The position numbers were made by a program, and so were the translations under genes. Below the pieces are notes generated by a model. It worked only from the letters and a program-made list of their open reading frames with translations. It was not told where the DNA came from and did no database searches. A DNA stretch of 64,000 nucleotides from Pseudogymnoascus verrucosus (lineage: Eukaryota), in the NCBI GenBank assembly GCA_001662655.1, contig KV460230.1, one strand, 5' to 3'. Of this stretch, positions 49,257 through 63,430 are shown piece by piece (the first letter of the stretch is position 1; every line of letters begins with the position of its first letter).

Positions 49257-52200
49257 TCAATCATCATCGCCCGAGTCTTCGCTCTTATCTTCCTTCTTTG
49301 GCTTGGATAGCTGCTTCTTCCAGACGTTGTTCGCTTTCTCAACGTCGAGGTCCGCGAACACCAGGCCGAAGACATCCGAGTACCACTTCGCAGGGTGCCC
49401 TTCAATGCCTTCTTTGATGTTCTATAGTCATGTTAGCTTTAGCAGATTGGTGGAAATGAAGGAATGATGCTTACCTCTGGAAGTTCCAGCCAGTCAGACA
49501 GGTTGTCATGAGGGAATATAATCTTCTTCGATCCAGCCCGGCGTGCTGCTACAGTCTTCTCGCGGAGACCTCCGATTCTCAGGACCTTTCCAGTGACAGT
49601 AAGTTCACCAGTCATGGCAATCGTTGGGTCCAGCGGCGTGTCCAAGGCCAAAGACAACATGGAAGTTGCCATTGTAATACCAGCCGATGGGCCATCCTTC
49701 TGAACGGCGCCCTCGGGGCAATGTAAATGTAACTTTGCCTTGTCGAAGAAGTGGTTTTCTGGGAACTCCTTCGCCATAACCGATTTCGCAAACGAATAGG
49801 CGATTGTGGTGGACTCCTTCATGACGGCCTTCAGGTTACCGGTTGTGGCCAACCCAGGTCGAGACTCTGAATTTAATGCACTCTCCAGAATCGACTCAAC
49901 GTACAACGCCGCTCCGCCCATCTGTGTCCACGCAAGACCCATGGCAACTCCGGCCGGTGTAATATCGTAGAGCCTATCCGACGTAAAGACCGGAGCTCCG
50001 ACGTAGTCCTTGAGGTTCGTTTTGTCGATTGTGATGTGAACGCTTTCAGGAACAGCTAGGCTGACACGAGGCACCTCAGTCGTCTCCTTCTCAATGTTGC
50101 CCGACGTCTCTACTGTGTCCGTAGTATCCTTCTTCGAAGCCTCCAGGGCTGCCTTACCCTCCTCGGTAAGGGCCTCAGCCTCGGGGAGAGCATCTTCTCC
50201 CAGATCCTGAACGATTTTCAGTGCCGATTTACGGTACACCTTCTCAATCTGCTTCTTCAGGTTGCGGACTCCAGATTCACGGCAGTATGATTTGATAAGC
50301 TCTTCGATAGCTTCTTTGCTGAGGTCGACATCGACATCCTTCAGGCCTGCAAGCTCCTTGGCAGCAGGGCCGAGGTATCGTTGTGCGATAGCCATTTTCT
50401 CGTCGGAGACGTATCCAGATAACTCGATCATCTCCATTCTGTCGAGTAGGGGGCGAGGGATCGTGTCAGTCATGTTTGCTGTGCAGACAAAGAGCACCTT
50501 GGAAAGGTCAACCGGAACATCCATATAGTGATCCAAGAATGAGCTGTTCTGCTCCGGATCAAGTAACTCCAGTAGCGCTGATGCTGGATCTCCTTGATGA
50601 CCCCTGCCAATCTTGTCGATCTCATCGATTAATATCAATGGGTTCTCGGTTTGACATTTCTTCAGCGCCTGGATAATGCGTCCAGGTAATGCTCCAACGT
50701 ATGTACGTCTGTGACCCTTGATCTCAGCAACATCCGTCAGTCCACCGACACTGAATCTGTAGTATTGCCTATTCAGGGCTCTCGCAATGGACTTTCCTAT
50801 GCTCGTCTTTCCAACACCAGGAGGCCCAACGAAGCAAAGAATCTTTCCCTCCACAGTCCCTCTAAGCTTGCCAACGGCAATGAACTCTAGAATCCTATCC
50901 TTCACATCCTTCAGGCCATAATGGTCCTCGTCGAGGACAGTCATGGCGTTCTTGATGCCGAAGTTCTCAGCGCTACGCTGACCCCAAGGAATTTGGGTCA
51001 GCCAATCCAGGTAGTTTCTTGTGACGTTGAATTCGGACGCAGCAGGCTCAAGATGGGCCAGCTTGTTGAGCTCTTCGTCGAAGACCTTCTTAACCGCCTC
51101 TGGCATTGCCAGTTTCGAGGCCTTGTCCTTGAACTTCTCGACGAGCTTATCTTTCCCATCGGACTCAATTCCAAGTTCCCGTCTAATCCCCTTCATCTGC
51201 TCCATCAACCAGTATTCCCGTTGGCGCTTTTGAATCTTGTTTTCTACATCCTTGGAGATTTTAGATTGTAATTGGGCGTTCATTAACTCCTTCTTGAGCA
51301 CAACGAGGGCCTTCTGCAGGCGCTCCTCGATGTTCAGTGTCTCGAGCACGTCTTGCAGCTCGGCAACCTCACCCGAAGACACAGCAGCGGCGAAATCAGC
51401 AAGTTTTGCAGGCTCTTGCATAACATTCCCTGCAGATTGGCTCATGGAGAAGGTGGAGATTTGGTCCCGGAACAAGCTGTTGAGACTTGCGACCTCCTTG
51501 AAGACATTGACAATCTCGTTGGTCACAGCGCGAATAATAGGGCTCTTGGGGTCGTGGGCCTCCTCAACAAGGTTTTCGACGTTGACCAGGCTGACCGGGT
51601 ACTTTCGTAGAAATGCGGTGGGCTCATACTGAACTGCAGATTCGTCGACGGACTTCGCCTCGGGGGGGATCTCTTCGAAGCTCGCTATGGCGTCACCCTT
51701 CTTCTGGGAAGGTTCGGCGGCCGCCTCCGGCTTTGCTGGAATAACATCCGGAATAATAGGTTCAGCCACTGGAGGTTGTTCTCCAGCGGCCTTTGCATCG
51801 GTACCTGGCCGGTTTGGCGTTACCAAATCCGAGATTCTGATCCTTCTGTGCGGGTATAGAACTGCCGTCAGGGCATCGGGCTCGCCGTGGACAGGGAATG
51901 CGCTGGTGATCTGGGCAAAGACTCCGACGTCGTGCACATCATCCATGTTTTCGATAATGTCCCTGTCCGCGTTTTCATCCTTGAAGAGGAATGCACCGAT
52001 ATAAGGTTGTCCCCGCTTTATCATCTCTTGGATTGCCGCCGCAACGTTGGGATCCCTTATAGTGACTGCCTTGTAGAACCCAGGGAAGAGCGGTCTCTTG
52101 GCGATCGGAATCGCCATAACCTGGGGGTATATTTCGGGAACAGTCGGTTTTTGTAAAGCTCGTTCGTTCGCAGACTTGCGACCTTTGCGGCCGCCATCGC

Positions 52201-52633
52201 TTCCGGATTGCTCGCCACTGCCGCCAGTTGCACTGCTTCCCTTCCCATCTACTGGCCCTGCCCCTGATGCGCCGGCGGCCGGCGTGGAATCGGACCCTTT
52301 GGTCTTTGTCTCCGCCACATCCTCGCGCTCCTTCTTCCGCTCCAGCTCTGCCTTCTCCTTAGCTGCCCGAGCGGCAATCTCCTCAGGAGATATATCTTTC
52401 GAGTCGTCCGAGGAGTCTTTCAGGAGACGGGAGAAGGTTGTGAATGTCGACGTAGAACCTCGGCTCACGAGGGGTACGGCTTGCCTCCGCGAGGCCGACA
52501 ACTGCGTCCCATTAAGTGACAGCCACCGACCGCCTGAGTACGGCCGCAGGGCAACGGTCCTGCTATGCTGTGCTGTAGCCCTGTATACATTCCGAAGCGC
52601 AGGCCGCCATGGCAGGTTTTGGCTGTATAGCAT
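49257..52633 (-). CDS. PIM1: Mitochondrial Lon protease
   Basis: Arg/Ser-rich presequence; Lon N-domain RPLFPG; Walker A GPPGVGKT; LIDEIDK; catalytic KDGPSAG and IGGLREK. The last exon, after an intron at about 49424-49474, ends ...EDSGDDD* at 49257. Confidence 0.98.
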
Positions 52634-53173
52634 ACTCAGCCGAATGGAATCGCGGTCGAGAAACGAGGGCGCTTGTGATCTCGTTTGAAACTATTTCAAA
52701 CCTCGTAAATGGGCGCCTCCAGTCCGGCAGGGGTTGCAGGACAAAATAAAATAAAAAGATAATGCGAATATGCGAATTATGGAAAATTAATTGAAGGAGG
52801 CGGCTACCGAATCCCCAAGGCACGCGCGAGGTGTCATCGAATGGCTTCTTTTTGAATTTCCAATCACTAATCCCGATCGGCGCTTGTACGGATCTGGGCT
52901 AGTTTAGGAGCTCCCAGACCCGAACAACCCGCCAGTCACCATCGGCCTTCCTCCGTATCGGCCGAATTGAAGACAGCGTCAACGTAGAAAACATCAGCTT
53001 TACAGTTACTATTTGAAGGCTTCTACGTAGATAAATAATATATATTTATATGTAATTATACCTGGTCGCTAGAATTTTGTTACTTAATCCAAGAATACTC
53101 GTTTTACCAATGCGAATGCACAATTGCAATGTTAACGTTTAAATGCAGCTTTATATTTATCATGTAATCTAAC

Positions 53174-56100
53174 CTATTTCCACGAATTCAGCCCCGCCCA
53201 TGGATCCTGCGCACCGGACTGCTGGCTCATCCTGGATTGAGAAGCAGGATACCCATCTCGGCCGTTACCCTGTTGATACACCGATCCTGGTGGAGAAAAC
53301 GTCTGTTGAGGACCAAGAGGAGGTGGTCCAGGGGGTGGTGGAGGTGGGACGTAGCCGGCTGGGACGAACTGTTGCTGTTGCATTGGCTGTGCAGTGTGAT
53401 GTTGCTGTTGCTGGTACTGGTATTGATTAGGGGAGAAATGCTGTTGAGTAGGAGGGGGCGACGTGGGTTGTTGATTGTATTCACGGCGAGCAAATGAACT
53501 TGGATCATAGCCACCCTGCTGAGACTGTGATCCCGGCCTGGACCCTCCTTGATTCCCATATTGGTCGGTCCTCTGGCCACCTTGCTGCTGATAATAGTTT
53601 CCTGGCGGTGGGCTACTGTATTTTGGGAATGTCGGTTGTGCTTGCTGTGGAGGAGTCGCCGACGGGACTTGATATTGGCCGGCAAAATTCGTCGGTGGGT
53701 AGTGTGCAGAGGGCGAAATAGACGGTTGACCTCTTGACGAAGGAGGGTTCGCGTTGGATGGGGATGTTGATGGGTCCATCGACATCCTCTCCATCAACCC
53801 TCTCAAACGCTCACGCTCCCTCTCTTGCTGTCCCCCGGCATTGGCAGCTCTGTCTTGCTCAATCTGGTGCAGAAGCTGCGCTCCCTCTGATCGGCGGTTG
53901 TTGACGAAAGTCTCAACATTCTTCTCAAGACTGTTTACAGTATCTTTCATCTCCTTATACCACGTCTGGGCGTCACTGAGGCCGGTTTCCAGCTCCAAGA
54001 ACTCTTGGTATACTCGTTTGTACTTGGCAAGAACAGTGCCTCTTTGCCTCGTGATGGCCTCATATTTGCTTTGCTCGGATCGGACTCTCTTGTCTTGCAA
54101 GAGGCTATTGAAGCTGGTCGTGAGTTCTTTCATTAAGGATGATTGCTTGTGGTTTGCTTGGAGAAGTCGTGTCTGATATGGTCGGAACTTTTCTAGTTCT
54201 GTTTTGAAGAGCTGCGTCTCATGGCTCGAAACAGCCTTTTTATTGAGAATAAGGACCTGCGAGATATCGTCGTTGTGCGCCTAAAACAACATCAATTCCT
54301 ATCTTTCTCTGACAAGGGATATTACGTACCTTCTCCTTCAGATCCTTAAGAACCTGGCCTCGTTCCCGCTTAATCAGGTTGAGTTTCTTCAATACGTCTT
54401 CTACCCTGTTAACTTGGTCCATCACACTGACGTCGTCATCAGCGAAATCGGCGTCCAGAAGATTGCCATCTAGTCCCCCAGATGCTGGGCTTCCAGAATT
54501 ATTCCGCTTGCCGCCTACTTTGATCAATGCTCTTTGAAAGAGCACATCGGCCTCGCCAGTTTCACCCGCTGACCTCATCTCATCAAAGTCGACTTCGTTC
54601 TGTCGCATCTTGGAATATAAAATGTTATCACTCCTTCCTGCCTCCTCCAAAGCATCGCGGTAGTTCTTGATATCATCCCTTAGCGTCATGGTCAACCGCG
54701 AACTTGGTTGTTGTGTCCACTCTCCTTCGTATTTGGAACGCATCTTTTCGCAAACACTTTCTTCCATATCAAGCTGCTTCGTGCTCTTCTCGAGTACGCC
54801 CGTTATGGATTCTCTACTACTAGTTAGGTAGTCAAAGGTTCCACCATATGGCTCATGGCCAGCAAGCTCGTCGCACCACCCCTTAAAGTCGTTGTCCGAA
54901 AACACTTCATTATCAAAGCCACCCTTGATAACCTGCAATGCGCCTGGTAGTCGAAGGTAGTCCAGGCTCGCAGCCATCTCGGAGTTGGCGATTTCTACCC
55001 GCTCTGTCTCTGCACGAACCATCTTTGCCTTCTCCTCATCGTACAGACTGGCGGACTCGGTGACAGACATTGGTATTATCTTTTGGAAAATATCCGGACC
55101 CGTGATGCGCTGGATATCTTGGCCTGCGTACAACTCGCTGACTGGAATTGCTTTTGCCGCAGGGAGCTTTAGAATAGCAGTCAGACCTGCCTCTGCGGGC
55201 ACTGTTTGATGATAAATATAGTCGTTGTCCTTTACCAGCCCTTCCAGCTTCTCCTGGACGGTTGTGAGATGGCGTTTGGTAATATCCACCAAACTGGAGC
55301 CTGTTTCAGAGCTCAGGTTCGAGTTCGCGGGTACGTTATTAGGGAAGCTGTTCGCTGCCCGTTGTGCGTCTTTGGCCATGGTTTCTGCAACCTGAAGTCT
55401 AGCGATCGCAGTACCGTGAGAATTGGCGTCATCATCAGCTAGGGCCTGGTAATATTGCGCCAGAGAAGCCATATAGTGAGATTTGATCTAATTCTGTGTC
55501 AGTCCCAAAGCAACATACTGGCAAGAGCACCTGTTGCACAGGGCTTATGGCAACATACCTGTGTGACAAGCAGCCAAACCTTCTCAAAAATAGCTTTATT
55601 CACATTCTCCTGAACACCCTCCACTGCTTGAGAGTATAAATAGCCAGCTTGGCTTGCGAGCTTAGCCAGCAAACCTACTTTCTTACCATCCGCAATTTGT
55701 TTTTCCAGGAACACCTCTTGCCCCTGTGCAAGCATAATCTGTATAAGCGTCTTCACAGTGTCCCTACTGAGATCCGTAGATGGCGCGTGGAGGAAGTTCT
55801 CGTTTATATATGTGAACATTCCCGCGGATGCTTGGAAGGAGTGGTATGCCGTTTTCAACCCCGTATCCTCAGATCGGGACTGGTGCGCTGCGTGGCATGA
55901 GAGCACGGCAGATATGTTAAAAATAATTGATGCCTTTTCGTATGCCAGAGAATATTGGGATGTCGGCTTGTGGGTGAATGCATCGAACCTGTAATTACAA
56001 TGTTAGAAGTGACTTTTATATGAGCGTATTTCCGCAACATACCATGTAAACGATATCTTGATGTGGTTTTCATCCACCGGGAATCGAAGGTCCAATAGCT

Positions 56101-56320
56101 CCAACTGGCCATAATATCTGTATAGTAGGTCCCTTCCTGCAGCGCTATCCTTCCCAGCACCTCTCATATCCTGTCGCAGGCGATTCAGCGTGGCGCATTC
56201 TTCCGCATATCTCTCCGGGTCATCGCCATACGTCTGACGAATGTAATCCTTCAAAGGCGGCACCCAATCTATTTCATTCGTAGCCTTTAGAGGAGCTGAG
56301 ATCATGGGCGACGAAGCCAT
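53174..56320 (-). CDS. BRO1: ESCRT-associated BRO1/Alix-family protein
   Basis: Bro1 domain RDLLYRYYGQLELLDLRFP...FTW|FDAF...SLAYEKASIIFN; V-domain helices; Pro/Gln-rich C-terminus ending DPWAGLNSWK. Three introns. Confidence 0.95.
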
Positions 56321-57649
56321 CGTGGTTGCTCTGCGTGGCGCTCGCCCTGCTCCTCAAGTGTTGCGACCCGCAGGTGAGAGTGGACGTTGAGCTACAGCCG
56401 GAGCCGGTGACGACGGTTATGACTTAATTCGCGCTTGGCCGCAGCATCTGCCTCCGCGGCTAGGTGGGCTCCCCTCAGGAACTAGACTCTGCAAGCAGCA
56501 TAAGTTTATTGAAGGTGTGAGCGGATAGTCGACGATTGATGTAGCCAGTCCTTAGCTTGGTGCTTATCGAACTTCAGCTGTTTGCTGGCGGTGGGGGCCG
56601 GGGACAGCTGTTGCGGAGGGCCTGGGCCACGTCGGTGGGCGGGGGATCGAGTTGTTCGAAACCCGACACGGACAACGCAGCGATGGGATGAGGCAGCAAT
56701 TTTTCGCTTTGGGATACGGAATCGAGGATGTTGGAAGCTCTGAGTGTACGGACTTTATTGTGGCTGGGCCAAGATGTGGTTTTGGGAAACCGGGGGTGGG
56801 GGGGAGGGGAGGGGGTGTGGATGGAGCCAATATCGATTGCTATCGGGTTTGGTGGTTTGGCGCTGCGGCTTCCAGCGAGTCTCGTCATAGCACTCTAAAA
56901 CCTACAACTTTTCTAAAACCACCATGACAACCAGGCATTATACCCAGTCACTGTTAAAAAACTAGTTGATTGGGCATGAGCAAGGATTTATGCTCAAAAA
57001 GAAAGTAAATAATCCTAATATGCCGTACATAATAACTCCACATATGTATCGCCGTTTACTCTTGAACAGCATGTATGTAATGCACCACGTATGCACCATC
57101 TTGCGCACCCACTTAAGGGGGATATTTGCGCCATATTTCACTGTCCAGAATCACATTCACAGTTAATTCCAATAGATATCAAAGTGGCACTCATGCAAAG
57201 TGATGGGTTGTGATTACTGTCTTGGAGCTGACACAGCATACGATTGGGTGTATCGGCCTCGAACTACCAGCATGGCAACCACACTGGGAAACAAGCCTTG
57301 CCCGTATGACCAGGTGGGGTTGATTGAGAAAATATCAGGGGGGGCTTTCTAGGAAGTCAACCCAACCACACGAGGATTCATTCCGCAACGTTCGTTTTGC
57401 TTGATAAATATATTTTGGTGGTGATTTCTAGGAGTGTCCGTCTAGTTTTGCTACATGATATACATACATTGTTATATACAAGTTATTACAGTGAAATGAT
57501 GGGATGCGACTTGTACGACCGCAAAACCATCATCTTGACCAAGAAAGCGTGCCAGGGAGGCTTTCATGCCCAACCAGCCAATTGCTCTGGCACGCAACTA
57601 GGGCTGCCCACGACTAGAAGTCATAGAGCGCAACGGGTGGTGATCTATC

Positions 57650-59426
57650 TCACAACCCGGAATCGGAGCCCTTCTTGGGCGACTTTCCGTCTTTTTCCTG
57701 AGCGCCGCCGTCTTTGGGGGCATCTTTGGGTTTGGCATCCTTCGAATCAGACGCAGTGGTGGTACTCGACTCGGCGGGTTTGTCAGTCAACTTGTGCCAG
57801 ATCGACTTGAGAAACCCTTCATTCTTCTGAGAAGTTTCGGTTTCGGAGGACCTATTGATGTTAACAAGGCTACCTCCAGGAGTATATCGGGAACTTACTT
57901 GGAGCTGTTGACGTTCATAACCCGCTTCGCCGTCTTATCACCCATCTCATCCGCGAGAATCTCTAGAATAGTTCGCTGCTTCGCGGTGAGAAATTTTGGC
58001 ACCGCAATCTTGAACTCAACCTTGAGATCTCCCGTGCCAGCCCTACGCGCATTAAGCTTTTTCATACCCATGCCGCTGAGGGTAATCTTGTCACCTGCCC
58101 CGGTCCCCGTAGCAACCTTGACATCAACGTGCCCATCCAGAGTTGGGATTCGTACTTCACCACCAAGCAGGGCGGTAGTCAGGGGTATAGTCGCGGTATA
58201 AAGGACGTCGGACCCAGATCGGCTGAATTTCGGATCGGAAGCAACCCGGACGTGGACGTACAAGTCTCCAGGAACCGCTCTCGCTCCAGGAGGTGCAGCA
58301 GCACCTGTAACTGGTGCATCACCCTCCTTGTCGACACGGAGCCTCATTCCATCTTCAATACCGCCAGGTATGTCAATATTAATCGTCTTGCGCTCCCGAA
58401 CAACTCCGTCGCCATCGCAAGTCCCGCACTCTGATCCTCGGGGTATCGTAACACCGCGCCCACCACAGGAGCCGCATGTCGAGGCCATCTGGAAACCTCC
58501 CTGCATGAAGTGAACGCGTGTCCCAGTTCCATCACAAGACTTGCATTCGGTGCGCTTCGTGCCTGCCTTCAATCCATTTCCGGAGCATGTTTTGCAAGTC
58601 GTCATAGGCGTAATAGATATCGTCTTCGTAGCTCCCTTGGCTGCTTCCATAAAAGATATGCTGGCCTGCACTTCGATGTTGTCGCCAACGAGAACCTCCT
58701 CCTGGGAAAATGGCGAGCCGCGTCCTCCTCGCCCCCCTCTCTTTCCAGCTTGTCCACCAAAGGCCTTGAAGAGATCATCGAATGAGAAATCTGCCCCAAA
58801 TCCTCCAGCGCCACCGAATCCAGCTCCCCCACCACCAAAACCGCCAAAGCCACCTCCAAATGGGCTGCCTGCGCCTCCGAAAGGGTCTCCGCCTGGGCTT
58901 GGACCGCCGCCTTGGTTGAACGCAGCTTCGCCATACATATCAAACGACTCCTTCTTCTTCGGGTCCGACAGTAGCTCATACGCAGACTGAGCTTCAGCAA
59001 ACTTTTCTTTCGCGGTCGGGTCTTTATTCGTATCGGGGTGGAACTTCTTAGCCATTCCATAATAGGCCTTCTTTATATCGGAGGCCGAGGCATCCTTGCC
59101 TACCCCAAGAACTTGGTATGGGTTCTTCGCTTGAAGGCTGCGCGATGCGTGGAACGCCTATAGTTTACATGTTAGTAAAGTGCATGATGCTTCAAATATC
59201 ATAGCTGTCAACGTACCCTCCTTGGCGATGACCTCAGACGGGCGTTGGCTGAAGCTGCCAAGTCCCTCCGGACATTTTGCCTGGCGGTGCAGGTTGTATA
59301 GGAGCGCACAGCGGCCTTGTCTAGTGCTCCATCTGGGTATCGTGATCGCCTGCAGACGCGGCTGGAGGCGCGGTAGCGGATCGAAATAGGTGCCTTCTTC
59401 AAAAGGCTGGAAGTGCCAGAGTTCAT
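57650..59426 (-). CDS. MDJ1: Mitochondrial type I DnaJ co-chaperone
   Basis: Presequence-like N-terminus ([12 protein letters not shown]...AFHASR), J domain with HPD, G/F-rich region, four CxxCxGxG repeats and DnaJ C-domain. Last exon [14 protein letters not shown]...SGL*. Confidence 0.95.
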
Positions 59427-60026
59427 GATGATGCCCAAGCCGAGTGCATCAAAGATTGCCGCGCATTCGAGGATCCGGCCGCGAGTAGGTTCTCAAACTC
59501 GTAGTAAATATGGCGCGTATTTGTGAGATATTAATGTGTAGCGGATACCAAAACTCAGCTTGAAGAGACAGTAGAGTATTGAATTGTCCAAGTTCGAGGT
59601 CCGGATTGTCGCCCTTTTTTTTCGGCTGTACGGGATTGGCTGGATGTTACTGTGGAGCCTCGGAATTATCGTTATCGAGGGGCGCCCCAAAACCTCCCAA
59701 GGTTGATAACGCATCATCGGTGCCTGTGAACATACCATAGAACAAAAGAAGTAGATGTTAAATTGAGATTCTGTCATGTCAAGTGTAATGCTATTGTTTA
59801 CTACTTAAGCCTGTTTCAAAAATATATAGAATGTACAGCCAGTATTGCCCCTGCGACAACCAAGCTTATCACAACACCAGACGCCATTTGGCAGCGACCA
59901 ATTCCAAGGGCGCCGCTGCGAATTCGCAGCTATTATGCCTCCTTCCAAAGTATATTATATTATACACGCAATGTAAAATCAATTGGTTCCCTCATTGAGG
60001 GTTGGGTATTCGCGGGGTTGCCTTGT

Positions 60027-60673
60027 TCATCGTGGTTTGTTTGGGGCAAATCGCATGCGAAAGTTTTTGTCTGGACGCTTATCAGCTCTGACCACTCCGT
60101 GGAAGCAAATTACCACTTACCCTGCCACTTCACTTTGTATAGAAACTCAACAATGGCCTCGTTCTCCTGAATACCCAAGCCATTGAAGTGTTTGCGAACG
60201 GTATTCGACAGCTGGTCCTTGCTCTGTCTGCGCTTTTCTCTTCGTCGCGCCATGGTAGGCGAAAAGCGACCAATGCCGGGTCCCGTAAGCATGAGTTGAT
60301 TGTAATCGCTGATAAACGCCGGAGGAGTGTTCAGTTGATAGGCGTGGCTATATGCTTGCAGGATTTCTGGATCTAGAGTCGACCATTGCATCTGAGGAGT
60401 ATCAGCACTCGAGCTCTCATCGCGAAACGTGAATAGGAAGCGACTTACCCCCACATTGGCTTCTTGGGCAGCTCCATTCGGGGCAGACGTTACGCCCGTC
60501 ACTACTGAGCCGGCTGTTGCCACATCTCGTAAAGAGCTGGAGGCAGCACCGGTCCCGCCTCGTCGACCCTTGGTGATCGTAGTAGCATTGCCTGAACCTC
60601 CATGTCTCTCTCTAGTGCTAGACGCCTCAGACCTCGAGTCGTCTGGGGCGGCGCGTGCCTTCGAGGGAGCCAT
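60027..60673 (-). CDS. SAP30: SAP30-like Sin3/Rpd3L histone deacetylase complex subunit
   Basis: QWSTLDPEILQAYSHAYQL...SKDQLSNTVRKHFNGLGIQENEAIVEFLYKVK fits the SAP30 Sin3-binding domain. Start MAPSKAR at 60673, two introns, last exon DKNFRMRFAPNKPR*. Confidence 0.85.
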
Positions 60674-61936
60674 TGCCGTGTATGTGTTAAAGAGTGGCGG
60701 ACCGCATTCGTGACATTCGTAATTGGGTCGTTGAATGCTGGTGATGGGGAGAGGGACGAGGCTATGGGTGAAGCGGATTCGTGTTGGACCGTCCACACGA
60801 CACGACTACCTGAGTGCCGAGGGCGCGGTATCTCGCCATACTCTATCGGCTACATTGAGACTAGTTCATTTTGAGCTATGCCAAGCCATTGGTACCTTCT
60901 TACTTGTGTGTGTACCTTGGAGACGGAAGCCACCTTATGTAATACGACAGCACTATTGGCAGCAACTCAAACAGAGGCACTCGGAACTGAGCACTCCACT
61001 ACAGATATATTGGTTTGGAGAAAGGCTCATCGTCTGTTGTGTCGGTATAGCAAACAATACCGAAGAGTACGGAGTATGACGCACTTCTACTTGTACGGGT
61101 ATTCTGCGGCAAGGACAAACTGGGGAGCCGGAAGAGTCTCCGGTCTGTCCTATCAGCCAAGATGCATACATATCAGCTCCCATCCTCTCATACTCGAGTA
61201 GGAGAAGAAGAAAGCGGATTACTGAGAGGGGCGTGAGGGGCGTGAGGGGCGGCGAGGCATTAATAAAGCAACTTAATAACCACAGCCTTCTGTTGGAGTG
61301 GAAGAGGAGTGGAAGGGGAACGAGTACACCAACCAAAAGTACTCAAAGCCGATGTTGCCGCCGACAATCGACGGAGGCGGGGATGGGTTTGGCCGGGGCG
61401 TAATCGTACTAGTTCCATCAAGGCGTAGCGTCATGCAAGGCACTGTACCGGGGTACATAGGAGTGGACTGGTCTGAGCGGGCCAAAAGCACAACAACACT
61501 CGCTAAGGCATGTACAAAATACAAAGTACAAGATCAGACATCTCCACATTCTCCAGGTTTCCCTGTTGTGTCTGGCCAATAGGAGTGGAGCAGTGCCATC
61601 TGTGAACACCCCTTTCTTCCCTGCGGTTTTCTGTAGCGACGCAGTAGCGACGCGCAAGGGGATAGATGATGATGGGGTGTAAGAAGTGAAAGACAGGGCA
61701 GGCAGACCAGGGACAGGCAGGGCAGGGCAAGGCAGGGGAGGGAAGTGAGAGAGTCCGTTCACCGAGGACGATAATACTTCGGTGTCTTACGGAGTTTTTG
61801 CCGTACGCACGTATACGTATACTAGTAGATTTGAGTAGAGAGTAGTGTAGTGTAGAGTGGCTGGTAGTGTAAGTGGTCGGGGTGTGCGGCCGATGCCGCA
61901 AATTGCATGGAAAGTAGAGTGAGCAAGGCTATCTGA

Positions 61937-62003
61937 TATACAGTAGTCTACTATACAGTAGTCTACTATACAGTAGTCTACTATACAGAAGTCTACTATA
62001 CAG
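61937..62003. repeat. 15-bp minisatellite (TATACAGTAGTCTAC), about 4.5 copies
   Basis: Three exact copies from 61937, a fourth with one mismatch, then a partial copy. Confidence 0.92.
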
Positions 62004-62639
62004 CAAGCAGTCGTCTGCTATACGTAGTCTACTAAGTAGTATCACGATGCTGCACCCTCACCTCACCCACCAGGCACGGCAGTACAGTACTCTATATTAT
62101 TGAATACTTTGACTCTCGCCGGGAATGTAGATGTGCCTGAATCACTTTCTGAATGTGCGTCCCGGGGCGTTGGGTGTCTGTTACCGCCGCCGCAGGTAGT
62201 GGGGTGGAGTTTGTTTTCTATTTGCCACCAAGACACCAAGACAAGACATCTCCAACATCTCCAACATCTCCGCCGAGCGAAGGATCTTCATGAATTCCCG
62301 CTTGCGTACCGGCGATGATTTCCCGCGACGCCTTACTTACTCACTACGATGTCAACGTACGAGTGCGTACCATAGGTTGACACCTCGGCTGAGACCGAGG
62401 GGTCCAGAGAGACGACCAGCGAGCGAGTGAGTGAGCGAGGGAATGATGCTGAGTTGCAACAGTTGGTGCAAGTACTATAAAGTACTGTGTTGGTTGTAGT
62501 CGTATGCACTGAACTGCACTCCCGCACTTGCCGTACCCAGTACAGATGGGTCCCATACTAGGAGGCTAACTAGGAGGCATCTGCAGGTCAGTACTAGGGA
62601 TATTTTGCTGTAGAAGAGCTTTTGCCTCGCTCCGTCCCT

Positions 62640-63430
62640 CGTCGTTCCCTCGTCGCTCCCCTCGCTCCTTCTCCCTCCATGTCCCCAAGCCAAGCCACAA
62701 CATCCCATCCATCTAACCAACACTAACTAACACTAACTAACATCCCTCCTCATATACCCCTGCTCTGCTACTTTCTTCCCTTGCCCTCTCTTCCCTCCAT
62801 CTCTCTCTCCTCTCCCTTCGCTCCCCCCACCTCCTCCTCCTCTCCTCGTCTCCCCCTCTCCTCCTCTCCTCCTCCACCCACCACCAACTCCACTCCACCA
62901 CCCACCCTCCACCCACCTCCACCAAAACCCAAGCCAGTTAGCTGCGGCAAAAGTACTTCTCCGTAGTGGCTGCACCACATATGTACATGGGGCACGCACG
63001 GTTCTAACCCCCAAAATACGACTCCCCCCCCCCCCCAGTTTTTGACTCTGGCAATAGTGCGGTAGACTCCAAGTAGTCCATGTAGTAGAAGTAATACCAT
63101 GTAGAAATGGGCAACACTTGGCCAAATCTGCCAATACTAGAGGCGCTATTATTATTTCGTCGGTGGAAAAGATGGTCCCCCTCTGAGCCTTGGTGGTGGA
63201 TGTCAGTGGATGCGGTGGATGTTGACACGCGGGACGACGGGGAGGCCTAAATATCATCAAGATAGTCCCCACCTCCGTTTTTGTCAAACCCGCCCTCCCT
63301 CTCTCTCCCCCCCCCCCCCTCCCCCCCCCCCCCCCCCCCCCGCCCCAATCCCTCAATCCATATCCGCCTCATTCTCCATCCTCTCTTCTCCCCATCTCCA
63401 TCTTCCCCATCACCATTCCCCTCCTCGTCT
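62640..63430. repeat. Pyrimidine-rich low-complexity region with poly-C tracts
   Basis: CT/CCT/CCA runs, C13 at 63024-63036, and C13-T-C21 at 63307-63341. Confidence 0.85.

Noticed and set aside
61937..62003. Repeat array as a possible CRISPR
   Set aside because: Head-to-tail 15-mers with no spacers, no cas genes, and a eukaryotic context.
62733..63356. 207-aa Gly/Arg/Trp-rich minus-strand ORF
   Set aside because: Translation of low-complexity poly-C/CT sequence, not a plausible protein.
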